From contig JBDLIM010000001.1 of the NCBI GenBank assembly GCA_039714915.1, forward strand, positions 149,300-213,299: a DNA stretch of 64,000 nucleotides. Reading direction: 5' to 3'. Each line of letters begins with the position of its first letter. Position 1 is the stretch's first letter. Position numbers and translations under genes: made by a program. Shown piece by piece: positions 18,619 to 29,009 of the stretch. The notes under the pieces were generated by a model, which was not told the DNA's origin, did not search any database, and saw only the letters and a program-made list of their open reading frames with translations. The DNA comes from Bacteroidota bacterium (GTDB lineage Bacteria > Bacteroidota > Bacteroidia > Bacteroidales > GCA-2748055).

Positions 18619-20511
18619 TTACAGTTTTTTTACCCACTCCATCCGGGAATAAATATACTCCAGTCTGCGCTGAACCTCCGGCTCATCCAATACCTTCCGG
18701 CTGAAATCATTATCTGAAAGGGGGAATTCATACCCATAAGGACCGTCCATTAATAGTACCAGGGTGTTCATAATTAGCAGCGCCTCGATTCCGTCTTCTG
18801 ATTGCTGCAAAGCTCCGGTGATTACCGGAACCGGATCCGCTTTTCCTGTAAGTCCCAGAAACTCAGCCGCCCGGGTCCTTACAAGCAAATCTGAATGATT
18901 GCACAAATTTCTGGCATCATCCTCAAATTCCAGGGCTTTTTCACCAAAACAGCTGCAAACAATCAATCCCCAGTATAATTTGACCGGATCATCAGCGCGG
19001 AGAGACTGCCCTATCCCGGATCTGGCATTTTTATATGCAAGCAGGCTTAAATCAGCAATATCGATCAATTCAGAGATATCTTCCCGATGCTTCCGGCCAA
19101 ATTCCACAGGATTGTAAAAGGCCTCTCTTCTGAGCATATGTTCCGGGTAGAAGCTCAAATCGGGCATCCCCCTCACCCACTGGCCCAGCAAAGATCTCAT
19201 TTCAAGCAGCTCTTCCTGGTATTCATCTACCTTAGCCAGGTTGGTGGTTTCATATGGATCGGCATTCAGATCATACAATGCCTCGGCATCCCTGGGTTCA
19301 AAAAACTGAGCCTGAATTTCATTTAGCTCCCCCCTTTTGTACATGTCCCTCCACTGCTCGTAGGCCAGGCATTTATAACGATAGTTGTTCTGTAATCCGT
19401 CCACATTAAAGGGCTGGTAATTTCGCATGTACTTCAGGTTTCCTTTTCTTACAGTCCGTACCAGGTCGTATTTTTCATCAAAACGGTCTGCGTAACCGTA
19501 GGTGACCTGTTGACTTTCAATCTGTTCTGCAGAAACTCCCTTCCCAAGAAAGGGAATCCCATCTATATGCTCCGGGAGTTCCACACCGGCCAGTTGCAGC
19601 AGGGTAGGCCCGAAATCCACAAAACTCACAAAACCATCGGTCTTCGCGCCCTGTTTGATATCTGCCAGGTGCCTGAATTTTTCAGGGATCCTGACCACCA
19701 GGGGGACATGCAAACCGGTTTCATACGCATAGCCCTTGCTCCCGGGCAGCACACCTCCATGATCCCCGAAATAGAAAACAAAGGTACTCTCAAGCAATCC
19801 ATCCTCATCCAGCTGAGCGAGCACCTCACCCACAATGGTATCCACTGCGAGGATCTTGTCCCGGTAATAGGCTCCTGTAAATCTGAATAATTCTGTATCA
19901 GGATGATTGGGAAAGAGATGGACTTCGTGCGGATCGGTGACGGGCTGATAACTTTCCATCAGCTCTGCATTAAAATGCAGCCGGCTTTCATGCGAAACCG
20001 GATGCGACTCCTTGTGAAAGAAAGGCTGTCCGGGAGCTCGCTTGCGCCAGTGAGCCGTGCTGGATGATTCATCCCATACCCCTTCCCCCTCGATGTAATT
20101 ATAATCCTTTTTCTGCTTATTGCTTGTGTAATATCCTGCCTCCCTCAGGTAGGACGGAAACATTTCCAGACCCTCTGGCATGGGTACCAGTAAGGATTTC
20201 CTGTGGAACTGAGCTCCTGTACGCGGACCGTAACAGGCTGATTCCAGGGTGGACCGGGCCACACTGCAAACCGGGGCATTGGAAAACGCCCTGGTAAAGC
20301 TTATTCCCTCGTGAGCCATTTTTTCAATATTCGGGGTGGCAATCCCGTTCGGATCAAAAAGTTTCATGTAGTGGGTTGAATTATCTTCAGAGATAATCCA
20401 TACAAAATTTGGCTTTTCCTCGTTCACCCGGTTGAATCCGCATCCTGCAAGAACCAATACAATGAGCAAACTCAAAAAGGCTTTGAACAGACCGCTTGTC
20501 AGGTGTTTCAT
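18619..20511 (-). CDS. S1 sulfatase lipoprotein with C-terminal HEAT-like extension
   Basis: Lipobox LAGC, PNFVWIISED, variant signature CSVARS, GDHGG, ALYDLNADPYE. Confidence 0.88.
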   Translation of the reverse strand: MKHLTSGLFKAFLSLLIVLVLAGCGFNRVNEEKPNFVWIISEDNSTHYMKLFDPNGIATPNIEKMAHEGISFTRAFSNAPVCSVARSTLESACYGPRTGAQFHRKSLLVPMPEGLEMFPSYLREAGYYTSNKQKKDYNYIEGEGVWDESSSTAHWRKRAPGQPFFHKESHPVSHESRLHFNAELMESYQPVTDPHEVHLFPNHPDTELFRFTGAYYRDKILAVDTIVGEVLAQLDEDGLLESTFVFYFGDHGGVLPGSKGYAYETGLHVPLVVRIPEKFRHLADIKQGAKTDGFVSFVDFGPTLLQLAGVELPEHIDGIPFLGKGVSAEQIESQQVTYGYADRFDEKYDLVRTVRKGNLKYMRNYQPFNVDGLQNNYRYKCLAYEQWRDMYKRGELNEIQAQFFEPRDAEALYDLNADPYETTNLAKVDEYQEELLEMRSLLGQWVRGMPDLSFYPEHMLRREAFYNPVEFGRKHREDISELIDIADLSLLAYKNARSGIGQSLRADDPVKLYWGLIVCSCFGEKALEFEDDARNLCNHSDLLVRTRAAEFLGLTGKADPVPVITGALQQSEDGIEALLIMNTLVLLMDGPYGYEFPLSDNDFSRKVLDEPEVQRRLEYIYSRMEWVKKL

Positions 20512-20529
20512 CTTTTCGATGTTAATTAC

Positions 20530-21993
20530 CTATTCTGTACTACGTTTCCTCACCGGGTAACTGGCTCCCATTTCATTTAATTCCCTGTGCATTTCCTTCC
20601 GCAAGGAATCAACCAGGGCTGGATACGCTTCCCGGAGATTGTTGCTTTCAGCTATGTCTGTGGACAGATCATAAAGCTCAAGGCTCTGGTCCTCATAAAA
20701 CTCCACCAGTTTCCATTGCTTGTGTCTGATGGCCGAGCCGGGCCTCCAGGTGGATCCATGGTAATGGGGATAGTGCCAGACCAGGGATCTTTCCTCCTCG
20801 TAATCCGGATCCATGCACCAGGGCACCAGGCTTTGGCCATCCAGTGTCGGTCCGGGCTCTTCCTGGATGCCTGCCAGTTCCTTCAGGGTGGGTAAAAAGT
20901 CCATACTGATCACAGGCTGATCGCAGCTGCTTCCCCGATGTTTTATCCCCGGAAAACTGATCAACAGGGGTACCCTGATTCCTCCCTCGTAGCACCAGCC
21001 CTTCCCGGCCCTCAAAGGCAGCACAGAGGTAGGTCCCCCGTTGCGCCTGGTGGACAAACCTCCGTTGTCAGATGTGAAAATAACAATTGTGTTATCCGAC
21101 TTTCCGCTTTCTTCCAGCTTTTCCAGCAAGCGTCCCACATTGTTATCCATGGAACGTACCATGGCTGCATATTTGGGATCGCTCTGATTGATCCGGGTGA
21201 TCCCGTCGTGTTCCATTCTGACCGCCATTTTACCACTGTCGGGTAAAGCATGGCTATTTCCCAGGTAGTAATCATCATATTCCCTGCATCCCTGAATGGG
21301 CGTATGCACGGTATAGAAAGACAAGTAGAGGAAAAAAGGATCATCTCCAGCCGAATCAATGAAGCGTATGGATTCATCGCATAGCCTGTCAGTAAGGTAT
21401 TCCCCCGGGGGACCATCAGAAAGGCAGGGATTTCCATAGGGAGCATAGTAGCCCAATCCTCCGGGAAAGGTGGGCGAACCTTTGTGGTTCCCTCCCTTAT
21501 TGATCTCAAATCCCTGTTCCCGCGGCCAGTATGCCTCACTCTCTCCCAGGTGCCACTTCCCTGCAAAGAAAGTACGGTAACCATGGTCCCTGAATAGCTC
21601 TGCCAGGGTAACTTCCTCAAGGGGCAGGTTATGTATATCTTCAGGAGTGCTGAGCAGCGGACAATCCGCATAATCTTCCTGCATTCCGGGAATCCAGTCG
21701 GTGATTCCTACCCGCACCGGGTGTCTGCCTGTCATAATGGCCGCCCTGGTGGGAGAACAGACCGGCGATGCGGAATAAGCATTTGTAAAGCGGATGGATT
21801 GCCCTGCCAGCTGATCCAGGTTCGGCGTATCATAAAAAGTACTTCCGTAGCACCCCAGATCGCTCCAGCCCAGGTCATCCACCAGAATAAAGACCACATT
21901 GGGTTTTGAAGGTGGATTACAGGCTGATAGAACCGCAAGCAGGAGTAAAATCAGGCCGATCCGGGTTTTTACGTATAAATGTTTCTGGCTCAT
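20530..21993 (-). CDS. S1 sulfatase (Cys-type) lipoprotein
   Basis: Lipobox LSAC, DDLG, CSPTRAAIMTG, GKWHLG, SDNGG, YEGGIRVP. Confidence 0.93.
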   Translation of the reverse strand: MSQKHLYVKTRIGLILLLLAVLSACNPPSKPNVVFILVDDLGWSDLGCYGSTFYDTPNLDQLAGQSIRFTNAYSASPVCSPTRAAIMTGRHPVRVGITDWIPGMQEDYADCPLLSTPEDIHNLPLEEVTLAELFRDHGYRTFFAGKWHLGESEAYWPREQGFEINKGGNHKGSPTFPGGLGYYAPYGNPCLSDGPPGEYLTDRLCDESIRFIDSAGDDPFFLYLSFYTVHTPIQGCREYDDYYLGNSHALPDSGKMAVRMEHDGITRINQSDPKYAAMVRSMDNNVGRLLEKLEESGKSDNTIVIFTSDNGGLSTRRNGGPTSVLPLRAGKGWCYEGGIRVPLLISFPGIKHRGSSCDQPVISMDFLPTLKELAGIQEEPGPTLDGQSLVPWCMDPDYEEERSLVWHYPHYHGSTWRPGSAIRHKQWKLVEFYEDQSLELYDLSTDIAESNNLREAYPALVDSLRKEMHRELNEMGASYPVRKRSTE

Positions 21994-24900
21994 TTTCGGG
22001 CATCAGCACTCAGTTCAATGACAATCTCTCCTGCATTTCCTGAGAATGATTCCCGTTCCACCAGAAGCTCAATTCTTTTTAATCCGGGGATGTCTTTATC
22101 ATAGTCCAGCGGCGGGGGAGATAATTCCACTACATTGAGTTCATAAGGCACCTCTAAAACAGGTGTCAACAGCAGTTGCTTTCCTTCCTGCCGGAGGATG
22201 ACCCGATCCTTTTCAATCTTCACATCAGCCCGGGTGATCATTTGCCAGCTCAGGTTTTTTGTTTTGTCCGAAAAAATAAGTTCATCCCTGATCCGTAAAA
22301 CCGATGCTGAGGGTCTGGCAAAGCTTCGTTCAGCCTTTTTCAGGGCTCCGCCGTAGAGGGGAGTCATCCCAAAGGTAAATTCAGGACATGCGGAACGGAT
22401 ATCCTTACCTACCAGAGCAACCCTGCCATCCACCCGGTGCATCTCTCCATTGACCGTAAGTGTACTATGGCCAAAGTTGTTCTTTGTGAGCAGGCTCCAT
22501 CGCTTCGATTCCTGGCCATTGTTCCAGAGTTCCATCCCTAACAGTTGCTCAAGCTCGTTGTAATTCTGGTTCCCCGGATCCAGGGACCAACGCACCCCGT
22601 CTAATTCGAAAATAAATGAACCCGCATCCATATTTCCATGGTTATCGGCTGCCCTCCCCCCTTTGGCTGCCAGGAAAAAAGCATCCCGGTCATTTTCCCG
22701 GTCCCTGAATACCACAATGGGTTCCTCACCTCCGCCCGACCACACCTCCGGCCATCGATACTCCTGTGTTAACTCCGTGTTCTGAAGGGCACAATTCAGA
22801 AAATGGGTTGAGAAAAAGCGGGTAGCTTTCATGTACCGGGGATCCTTTAACTCTTCCTCCAGCAGTTTCTCATAAGCATGCCAGTCCACCGGATCCCCCG
22901 ATCTGCCCGAAAACCACGCAAGCAAGCCAAAATGTGCCAGGCTGTGAAAGCCACCCAGGCTGGCATCAAAATAGTTGTAATACTTCCCGGAGGGTCCGGC
23001 AAGCACCTGACTGAATACAGCGCTTTCCATAATCCCCGGAGCAGCACTTGGGTCAAAATCTCTACCCAGGGCCGTTTCATAGGCTGAGATAGCCAGGGTC
23101 AGGTATTTGGTGGCATAAAACCAATAAGAAGCCCCTTCCGGATAGATCCCGCCCGGAGCATAGGGTTCCAGAGCCAGGGGGATGGTCATTACAGCCTGAT
23201 TCAGTACAGCTGATGCCAGTTCAGGCTCCTCCTCAAAAACAGCAAGGGCAGCCAGAGATAATCCCCCGTTGCAAACCAGGTTCCAGTTGTGATGCACATG
23301 GATAAAGAAATTATTGTCTGAAGAAGCAATCCCAGGTTTAAGGGCCTTCTCCACCAGGGACAAACGTGCCAGCTCTTTCACTTCAGGGGACAGCCACTCC
23401 CCTGCCCAGTCCAGCGCCAGGGCAATGCCTGCAGCCATTTCTGCCACATCCAGAAAGTGGGAGGGATTCCAGTCCCCGAAAGAGCAAACAGCCTTTAGTT
23501 CCTGCTCCAGTTTCTGCAGGTAGCGATCCTCGGGTTCAAAACGATACACCAGTGCCAGGGTAGTAAGCCGTCGGATGGCCTCCCTGGATACTCCAAGCAA
23601 TCTCCTGCCCTGCTTATTATACACCAGGGGATCAAGTGACAGGATGGACTCTGCCTGCTGCCTGAGCAATTCAAAACCCATGGTGGTCAAGCGATCTCCG
23701 GCATCCAGTTTTTTCTGAACCACCGCCTCTGCCTCCGGGGTAAGAATAAGCCGGGGACTGGATTTCTGAAGATTTTCGCTTATCCATTCCATGGTCACAG
23801 GGTTCCTGTCTGACTGTCCGCTTGCCTGGGGCAAATGCTTATCAGCAAAGTCAAGGAACTGCTCCCAGTCGTAGCTTGTCAGCTCATGTTTCCCGGTCCG
23901 CATATGATATCCCAGGCTTTCCTTCCATCTGGGTTGATTCACTTCCGGCAGCCGATCATTCTCCAGGGAAGACAAACCATACAATTCATACACCGGACTG
24001 CTGTAATAAAGTGAAAGATATTCGCCATGCTGATCTGCCCAGTTATCCTCCTCTGCGCTGGCCACATAAAGGGGGCGGGGAGCCATCAGCGCCATCAGCA
24101 TATGCTGATCCACCGGAAGTGCTGCTTCATTGTCGTTATAGGCTTTGAATTTCTCTGCGAACCAGTGTGGGAAAGCCGTATTGATGTTGCTTACCCTTTC
24201 GCCGTAAGCACGCCTGGAAAGTGCGGCTCCCCCGCAGCCTGAATTATTGGAGATTACAAGCGCAAAGCGCTCATCCTGTGCCCCGGCCCACAGGGAAGTT
24301 TTTCCCAGCCTGGAATGCCCTATCACAGCCACCCGGCCGGCATCAATTTCCAGGTCCTCTTCAAAATAATCCATGGCCCTTGACAGACCCCAGGCCCAGG
24401 CTGCAATAGAACCCCAGGAATTTTCACTGCGTTCTGCCCCACTCTCCCCCTCTAAACCATGGATCCCGTTTTTAAAGCCATCGTCAAAATCCGGATCAAT
24501 ATCCCCATAGTAAATAGTGGCCAGTCCATATCCCCTGGACAGGATCAGCTCCACGGGCCAGCGATGACTTCTCATTCCTCTTGAAAGCGCATTCACCTGG
24601 TTGTCTGTGATCCCAAATTCTTCATTGTTTTGAACCCAGCTGTCATGAATACCGATTTGCTGATCGGGATGAATGGTATGATTCCCATAGAAATTAAGAC
24701 CCACAAAAATAGGGACAGGTCCGGTGTGTTCCCTGGGTAGGTAAACCAGGACAGAAATATCCAGACTGTCGCTGCCATTGCTGAAGAGCAATTCCACTTC
24801 CTTTTGCACCGCTCTGCCTTCCAAAGCTTCCCGGTCCATGAATTTTACCTGGTGACTTATGGAAAATTCTGTATCAGGGATCCTTCCGTACATATGATCC

Positions 24901-25094
24901 CTGAAGAGCTCCAGGACCTCTTCCCTCCTGAACTCCTCCCATTCCGAAGCAGAGCTTATTGCTCTCCCATCTTCACTCACAAGAAGTTCAGGTAAGGGTG
25001 CCAACAAAAGCCCACTTTCATTTGTTTCATCCTGTGCAAATGCTCCCATGTGAAAGAGGAAGGGAAAAAACAGGGCCAGAAATAGTTCTTTCAT
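21990..25094 (-). CDS. Fusion of CE15 glucuronoyl-esterase-like domain and heparinase II/III-like lyase domain
   Basis: N-half has WAWGLSRAMDY, GHSRLGK, SGCGG. C-half has HFLDVAEM, NWNLVCNGG, YPEG, HGNMDAGSF, HSTLTVNG. Confidence 0.8.
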   Translation of the reverse strand: MKELFLALFFPFLFHMGAFAQDETNESGLLLAPLPELLVSEDGRAISSASEWEEFRREEVLELFRDHMYGRIPDTEFSISHQVKFMDREALEGRAVQKEVELLFSNGSDSLDISVLVYLPREHTGPVPIFVGLNFYGNHTIHPDQQIGIHDSWVQNNEEFGITDNQVNALSRGMRSHRWPVELILSRGYGLATIYYGDIDPDFDDGFKNGIHGLEGESGAERSENSWGSIAAWAWGLSRAMDYFEEDLEIDAGRVAVIGHSRLGKTSLWAGAQDERFALVISNNSGCGGAALSRRAYGERVSNINTAFPHWFAEKFKAYNDNEAALPVDQHMLMALMAPRPLYVASAEEDNWADQHGEYLSLYYSSPVYELYGLSSLENDRLPEVNQPRWKESLGYHMRTGKHELTSYDWEQFLDFADKHLPQASGQSDRNPVTMEWISENLQKSSPRLILTPEAEAVVQKKLDAGDRLTTMGFELLRQQAESILSLDPLVYNKQGRRLLGVSREAIRRLTTLALVYRFEPEDRYLQKLEQELKAVCSFGDWNPSHFLDVAEMAAGIALALDWAGEWLSPEVKELARLSLVEKALKPGIASSDNNFFIHVHHNWNLVCNGGLSLAALAVFEEEPELASAVLNQAVMTIPLALEPYAPGGIYPEGASYWFYATKYLTLAISAYETALGRDFDPSAAPGIMESAVFSQVLAGPSGKYYNYFDASLGGFHSLAHFGLLAWFSGRSGDPVDWHAYEKLLEEELKDPRYMKATRFFSTHFLNCALQNTELTQEYRWPEVWSGGGEEPIVVFRDRENDRDAFFLAAKGGRAADNHGNMDAGSFIFELDGVRWSLDPGNQNYNELEQLLGMELWNNGQESKRWSLLTKNNFGHSTLTVNGEMHRVDGRVALVGKDIRSACPEFTFGMTPLYGGALKKAERSFARPSASVLRIRDELIFSDKTKNLSWQMITRADVKIEKDRVILRQEGKQLLLTPVLEVPYELNVVELSPPPLDYDKDIPGLKRIELLVERESFSGNAGEIVIELSADARK

Positions 25095-25178
25095 GATTAA
25101 TCGGATTTTCTTATGCGTTTAAAATTACAATCCTTAATTTCATTGGAAAGCAATTATAGCGATTATTTAACCTAAAGT

Positions 25179-26402
25179 ATGAGATCATTCCTGATAGTCA
25201 CAGCTTTCACCCTCTTTATGCTAGCCATGGACCTCTATGCCATCAGGGGGATTCAACATATGGTATCTCCTGATTTTGCAGGAAGCAGGGCATTTTTGAT
25301 GGTTTACTGGGGGCTGAGTGCCGCAATGCTGATCCTTCTTATCAGGGCAGGGTCACAATTTCAGCAAATGCGGGATCCCTCCAGATTCTTCGGGGTAATG
25401 TTAATAATGGGGATCTTTCTGATGCTGTATGTGCCCAAGCTTGTTTTTAACGCAAGTCAGCTATTGAGTGACATGACATTAGTGCTGTCAAAACTATTCA
25501 AACTGGAAGCCTACTCATTTCGCAGATATCTGTTAATTACAGGCACTGTAGCAGGTGTTTTCCTGTTTATTAGCTTTGCCATGGGTATGATCAGGGGCCG
25601 GACTAATGTGAAGATATTTGCTGAATCCATAGCGATACCAGGACTTCCCGAATCTTTCCGGGATTTTAAGATTGTTCAGCTCTCTGACATGCACCTTGCT
25701 GGCTTTTATAAGCATCCCGGTTACATCAGCGAAGTGGTGAAAAAGGTCAATCAGCTTGAACCTGATCTCCTCCTGTTTACGGGAGATCTGGTTCATAATT
25801 TTTCAGAAGAGGTAGATCCCTTTGTGGAAATTCTGAATGGATTAAAGGCCCCGCTGGGAAAATATGCAGTACTGGGAAACCATGACTACGGGCACTACTT
25901 CGACTGGGACTCTGAAGCTGAAGAAGCAGCCAATCTGGAGCGGGTGAAAGCTCAGTTCAGAGCCTCCGGATTCGATCTCCTGCTGAACGAGCACCGTACT
26001 CTTTCGCGCAACGGCCATTCCCTCGAAATTATTGGCGTTGAAAACTGGGGGAAACCTCCCTTCCCTCAACTTGGTGATCTAAGTGAAGCCATGCGGGGAA
26101 GCAATCCGGAACTGGTTAAAATTCTCTTATCCCATGACCCCTCCCATTGGGACCTTCAGGTCAGGGATAAAGAAAACATACAGCTCACCCTGTCGGGACA
26201 CACCCATGGGATGCAACTTGGCCTGGAGATCGGCAAGTTCCGGTGGAGCCCATCTCGCTGGACCTACAAACACTGGGCCGGACTATACCGTGAAAACGGA
26301 CAGCACCTGTATGTGAACAGGGGCCTGGGTTACACGGGCTTCCCCGGCCGGGTGGGGATCCGGCCCGAGATCACCCTGATCACGCTTGCAGGGGATCAGT
26401 AA
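25179..26402 (+). CDS. Membrane-anchored metallophosphoesterase (YkuE/YaeI-like)
   Basis: N-terminal TM helices, SDMH, TGD, GNHD, SHDP, SGHTHG, YVNRGLG. Confidence 0.9.
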   Translation: MRSFLIVTAFTLFMLAMDLYAIRGIQHMVSPDFAGSRAFLMVYWGLSAAMLILLIRAGSQFQQMRDPSRFFGVMLIMGIFLMLYVPKLVFNASQLLSDMTLVLSKLFKLEAYSFRRYLLITGTVAGVFLFISFAMGMIRGRTNVKIFAESIAIPGLPESFRDFKIVQLSDMHLAGFYKHPGYISEVVKKVNQLEPDLLLFTGDLVHNFSEEVDPFVEILNGLKAPLGKYAVLGNHDYGHYFDWDSEAEEAANLERVKAQFRASGFDLLLNEHRTLSRNGHSLEIIGVENWGKPPFPQLGDLSEAMRGSNPELVKILLSHDPSHWDLQVRDKENIQLTLSGHTHGMQLGLEIGKFRWSPSRWTYKHWAGLYRENGQHLYVNRGLGYTGFPGRVGIRPEITLITLAGDQ

Positions 26403-26433
26403 ACCCAATGCCTATTTCATCATTTAAGCGGAT

Positions 26434-26847
26434 TCAGCTTCCAGGATCCCGGAGCACTTCCAGTAGCATCTCCGGTGCCCTGACCGGCCGGTTGGTTTCA
26501 GTATTCAGGAAAACCAGTACCACTTTCGCCTCATGGGCCAGTACCCCCTCCTCATTAAAGATCCGGTAGAAAAACTCGATCCTGGATGCAGGAAGTTCCT
26601 TCAGGGTAGTCTCTATGCTTACCAACTCATCGTACTTAAGCACGTTCCTGTACCTTGATTCTACCGAGTATACCGGCATGACTATCCCGCTTTCCTCCAT
26701 CTTCGCATATGGGAAACCCATCTCCCGGATCATCTCGGTCCGGCCAATCTCCAGAAGCCTGCCGTAATTTCCATAATAAACCACACCCATCTGATCCGTA
26801 TCGGCATAGGTCACCCGGTATTTTGTAATTGTCGTTATTGGTAGCAT
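26434..26847 (-). CDS. YbgC/FadM-family acyl-CoA thioesterase
   Basis: RVTYADTDQMGVVYYGNY; probable ATG start at 26847. Confidence 0.9.
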   Translation of the reverse strand: MLPITTITKYRVTYADTDQMGVVYYGNYGRLLEIGRTEMIREMGFPYAKMEESGIVMPVYSVESRYRNVLKYDELVSIETTLKELPASRIEFFYRIFNEEGVLAHEAKVVLVFLNTETNRPVRAPEMLLEVLRDPGS

Positions 26848-26860
26848 GTCTTGTTCTCCC

Positions 26861-26880
26861 GTCACTTGTCACTTGTCACT
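26861..26880. repeat. Heptamer tandem repeat (GTCACTT)x~3
   Basis: Seen directly at the ptrB stop codon. Confidence 0.8.
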
Positions 26881-28996
26881 ATTTATGAATCCCCGCCAAT
26901 TTCAGCAGAAATGCATATTCCATGGCCGTCTCCTTATATACCTCGAAACGGCCCGAAGCCCCACCGTGCCCGGTATCCATATTACAGTACATGAGCAAAA
27001 GATTGTTATCTGTTTTCATATCCCTGAGCTTGGCCACCCACTTGGCAGGTTCCCAGTACTGAACCTGGCTGTCATGGAGACCGGTGGTTACAAGCATGTT
27101 GGGATATGCTTTAGCCTCCACCTGGTCATAAGGAGAATATGAGAGCATGTATTCGTAGGACGTTTTCTCATTGGGATTCCCCCACTCATCGTATTCGCTG
27201 GTAGTCAGAGGGATGTCTTCATCCAGCATGGTGGTCACCACGTCCACAAAAGGTACAGCTGCGATCACTCCCTTATACAACTCCGGCTGAAGATTGATCA
27301 CTGCACCCATCAGCAGGCCACCCGCACTTCCCCCCATGGCATAGAGATGTTCCGAACTGGTGTAGCTCTCTTTGATCAGGTGTTCTGCACAATCGTTAAA
27401 GTCGGTGAAGGTGTTCATCTTTTTCAGCAACTTCCCATCGTCATACCAGGGTCGTCCGTAGATCTGGCTGCCCCGGATATGGGCTATGGCATACACAAAA
27501 CCACGATCCAGCAAGGAAAGCCGGTAGGAACGGAAACCCGGATCCATGGTAATTCCATAGGATCCGTATCCATACAGGAGGGTTGGATTCTTTCTATTAA
27601 GTTCAAGGCCTTTGCGGTATACAATGCTCATGGGGATTTGCTTCCCGTCATCAGCCCTGGCATAGATTCGTCTGGCTTCGTAATTAAGCGGATCAAAGTT
27701 GCCCCCCAGTACTTCTTCCTGTTTTAAAAGCGTCTTCTCCCTGGTTTCCAGGTGGTAATCGAAGGTTGTGTTGGGTGTGGTCAATGAGGAATAATTATAC
27801 CTCAGCAACTTGCTGTCAAAATCCGGATTAATGGAGATCCAGGCCGTATATACTTCCTCTCCCATTTCAATATAATGTTCCTGGCCCTTATCCCATGGAA
27901 TTACTCTTAGATGGCTGAGCCCCTCTTTCCGTTCTTCCACCACCAGGAAATCTTCAAAGATCTCAATGCTCTCCAGGAACACATCCTTCCTGTGGGCAAT
28001 AACCTCTTCCCAGTGCTCCTTCTCTGTCTGCTTTACAGGAGTTCTCATCAGTCTGAAATTGGTGGCTTCCAGGTTGGTAATAATGTAGAAATAATCTCCA
28101 TAATGGGCCACATTGTATTCAAGTCCGCGAACACGTGGCTGCACCACAGTGAATGCCCCCAGGGGATCATCAGCCGAAAGAACCCTATATTCATTGGTCA
28201 GGGTGCTCGAACTTCCGATTATGAGGTACTTATTGGATTTGGCCTTAAATACAAAGGTGCCGAAGGTTTCGTCTTCCTCTTCATAAACCAGGACATCGTC
28301 TGCTGCCGATGATCCCTTAATGTGCCTGAATATGGCTTTGCTCCTGAGGGTTTCCTCATCCTTCAGGGTATAGAACAGGGTTTTACTGTCGTTTGCCCAG
28401 GTGGCTCCCCCGGTGGTTACCGGGATTTCATCTTCCAGCATGTTCCCTGTCTCCAGGTCCTTAATATAGATGGTATATTTCCTGCGGCTCACCGTATCGA
28501 TGCCAATGGCCAGGTAACGATTGTCAGGACTGACACTCATCCCTCCCACCTGGAAGTAAGTGTAGCCTTCAGCCATCTCGTTCACATTGGCCAGGATCTC
28601 TTCTTCCGCTTCCAGGCTTCCTTTCTTCCTGCAATAGACCGGATATTCCTTTCCTTCCTCATACCTGGAATAATAGTAATACCCGTTCTTCCGGTAAGGC
28701 ACGCTTTCATCTTTCTGTTTGATCCTGCCCACTATCTCATCGAAAAGTTCCTTCTGGAAATCCTCCGAATCTTTCATTACAGATTCCCTGTAGGAGTTTT
28801 CAGCCTCCAGGTAGGAAATGACCTCAGGATTTTCCCGCTCCCTGAGCCAGTAATAGGCATCGATCCTGGTATCTCCGTGAATAGTGAGTTCTTTTGGCTT
28901 CTTTGCAGCAAGCGGTGCTTTCATATCTGATATTTTGCAAGATTGTATAGTCGTTACCGCCACAAGAGTCAGTACGACCATGCTTGAGATCTTCAT
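26879..28996 (-). CDS. ptrB: Oligopeptidase B (S9A), lipoprotein
   Basis: DAYYWLR, YGYGSYG, GGSAGG, GLHDSQVQYWEPAKWVAKLR, GHGG. Confidence 0.92.
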   Translation of the reverse strand: MKISSMVVLTLVAVTTIQSCKISDMKAPLAAKKPKELTIHGDTRIDAYYWLRERENPEVISYLEAENSYRESVMKDSEDFQKELFDEIVGRIKQKDESVPYRKNGYYYYSRYEEGKEYPVYCRKKGSLEAEEEILANVNEMAEGYTYFQVGGMSVSPDNRYLAIGIDTVSRRKYTIYIKDLETGNMLEDEIPVTTGGATWANDSKTLFYTLKDEETLRSKAIFRHIKGSSAADDVLVYEEEDETFGTFVFKAKSNKYLIIGSSSTLTNEYRVLSADDPLGAFTVVQPRVRGLEYNVAHYGDYFYIITNLEATNFRLMRTPVKQTEKEHWEEVIAHRKDVFLESIEIFEDFLVVEERKEGLSHLRVIPWDKGQEHYIEMGEEVYTAWISINPDFDSKLLRYNYSSLTTPNTTFDYHLETREKTLLKQEEVLGGNFDPLNYEARRIYARADDGKQIPMSIVYRKGLELNRKNPTLLYGYGSYGITMDPGFRSYRLSLLDRGFVYAIAHIRGSQIYGRPWYDDGKLLKKMNTFTDFNDCAEHLIKESYTSSEHLYAMGGSAGGLLMGAVINLQPELYKGVIAAVPFVDVVTTMLDEDIPLTTSEYDEWGNPNEKTSYEYMLSYSPYDQVEAKAYPNMLVTTGLHDSQVQYWEPAKWVAKLRDMKTDNNLLLMYCNMDTGHGGASGRFEVYKETAMEYAFLLKLAGIHK

Positions 28997-29009
28997 TGGT
29001 TTTATTGTT

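Noticed and set aside
17726-18652. 308-aa plus-strand ORF and similar long antisense ORFs (e.g. 15437-16168, 48023-48790, 38338-38976)
   Set aside because: They are shadows of well-supported genes on the opposite strand and have no motifs.
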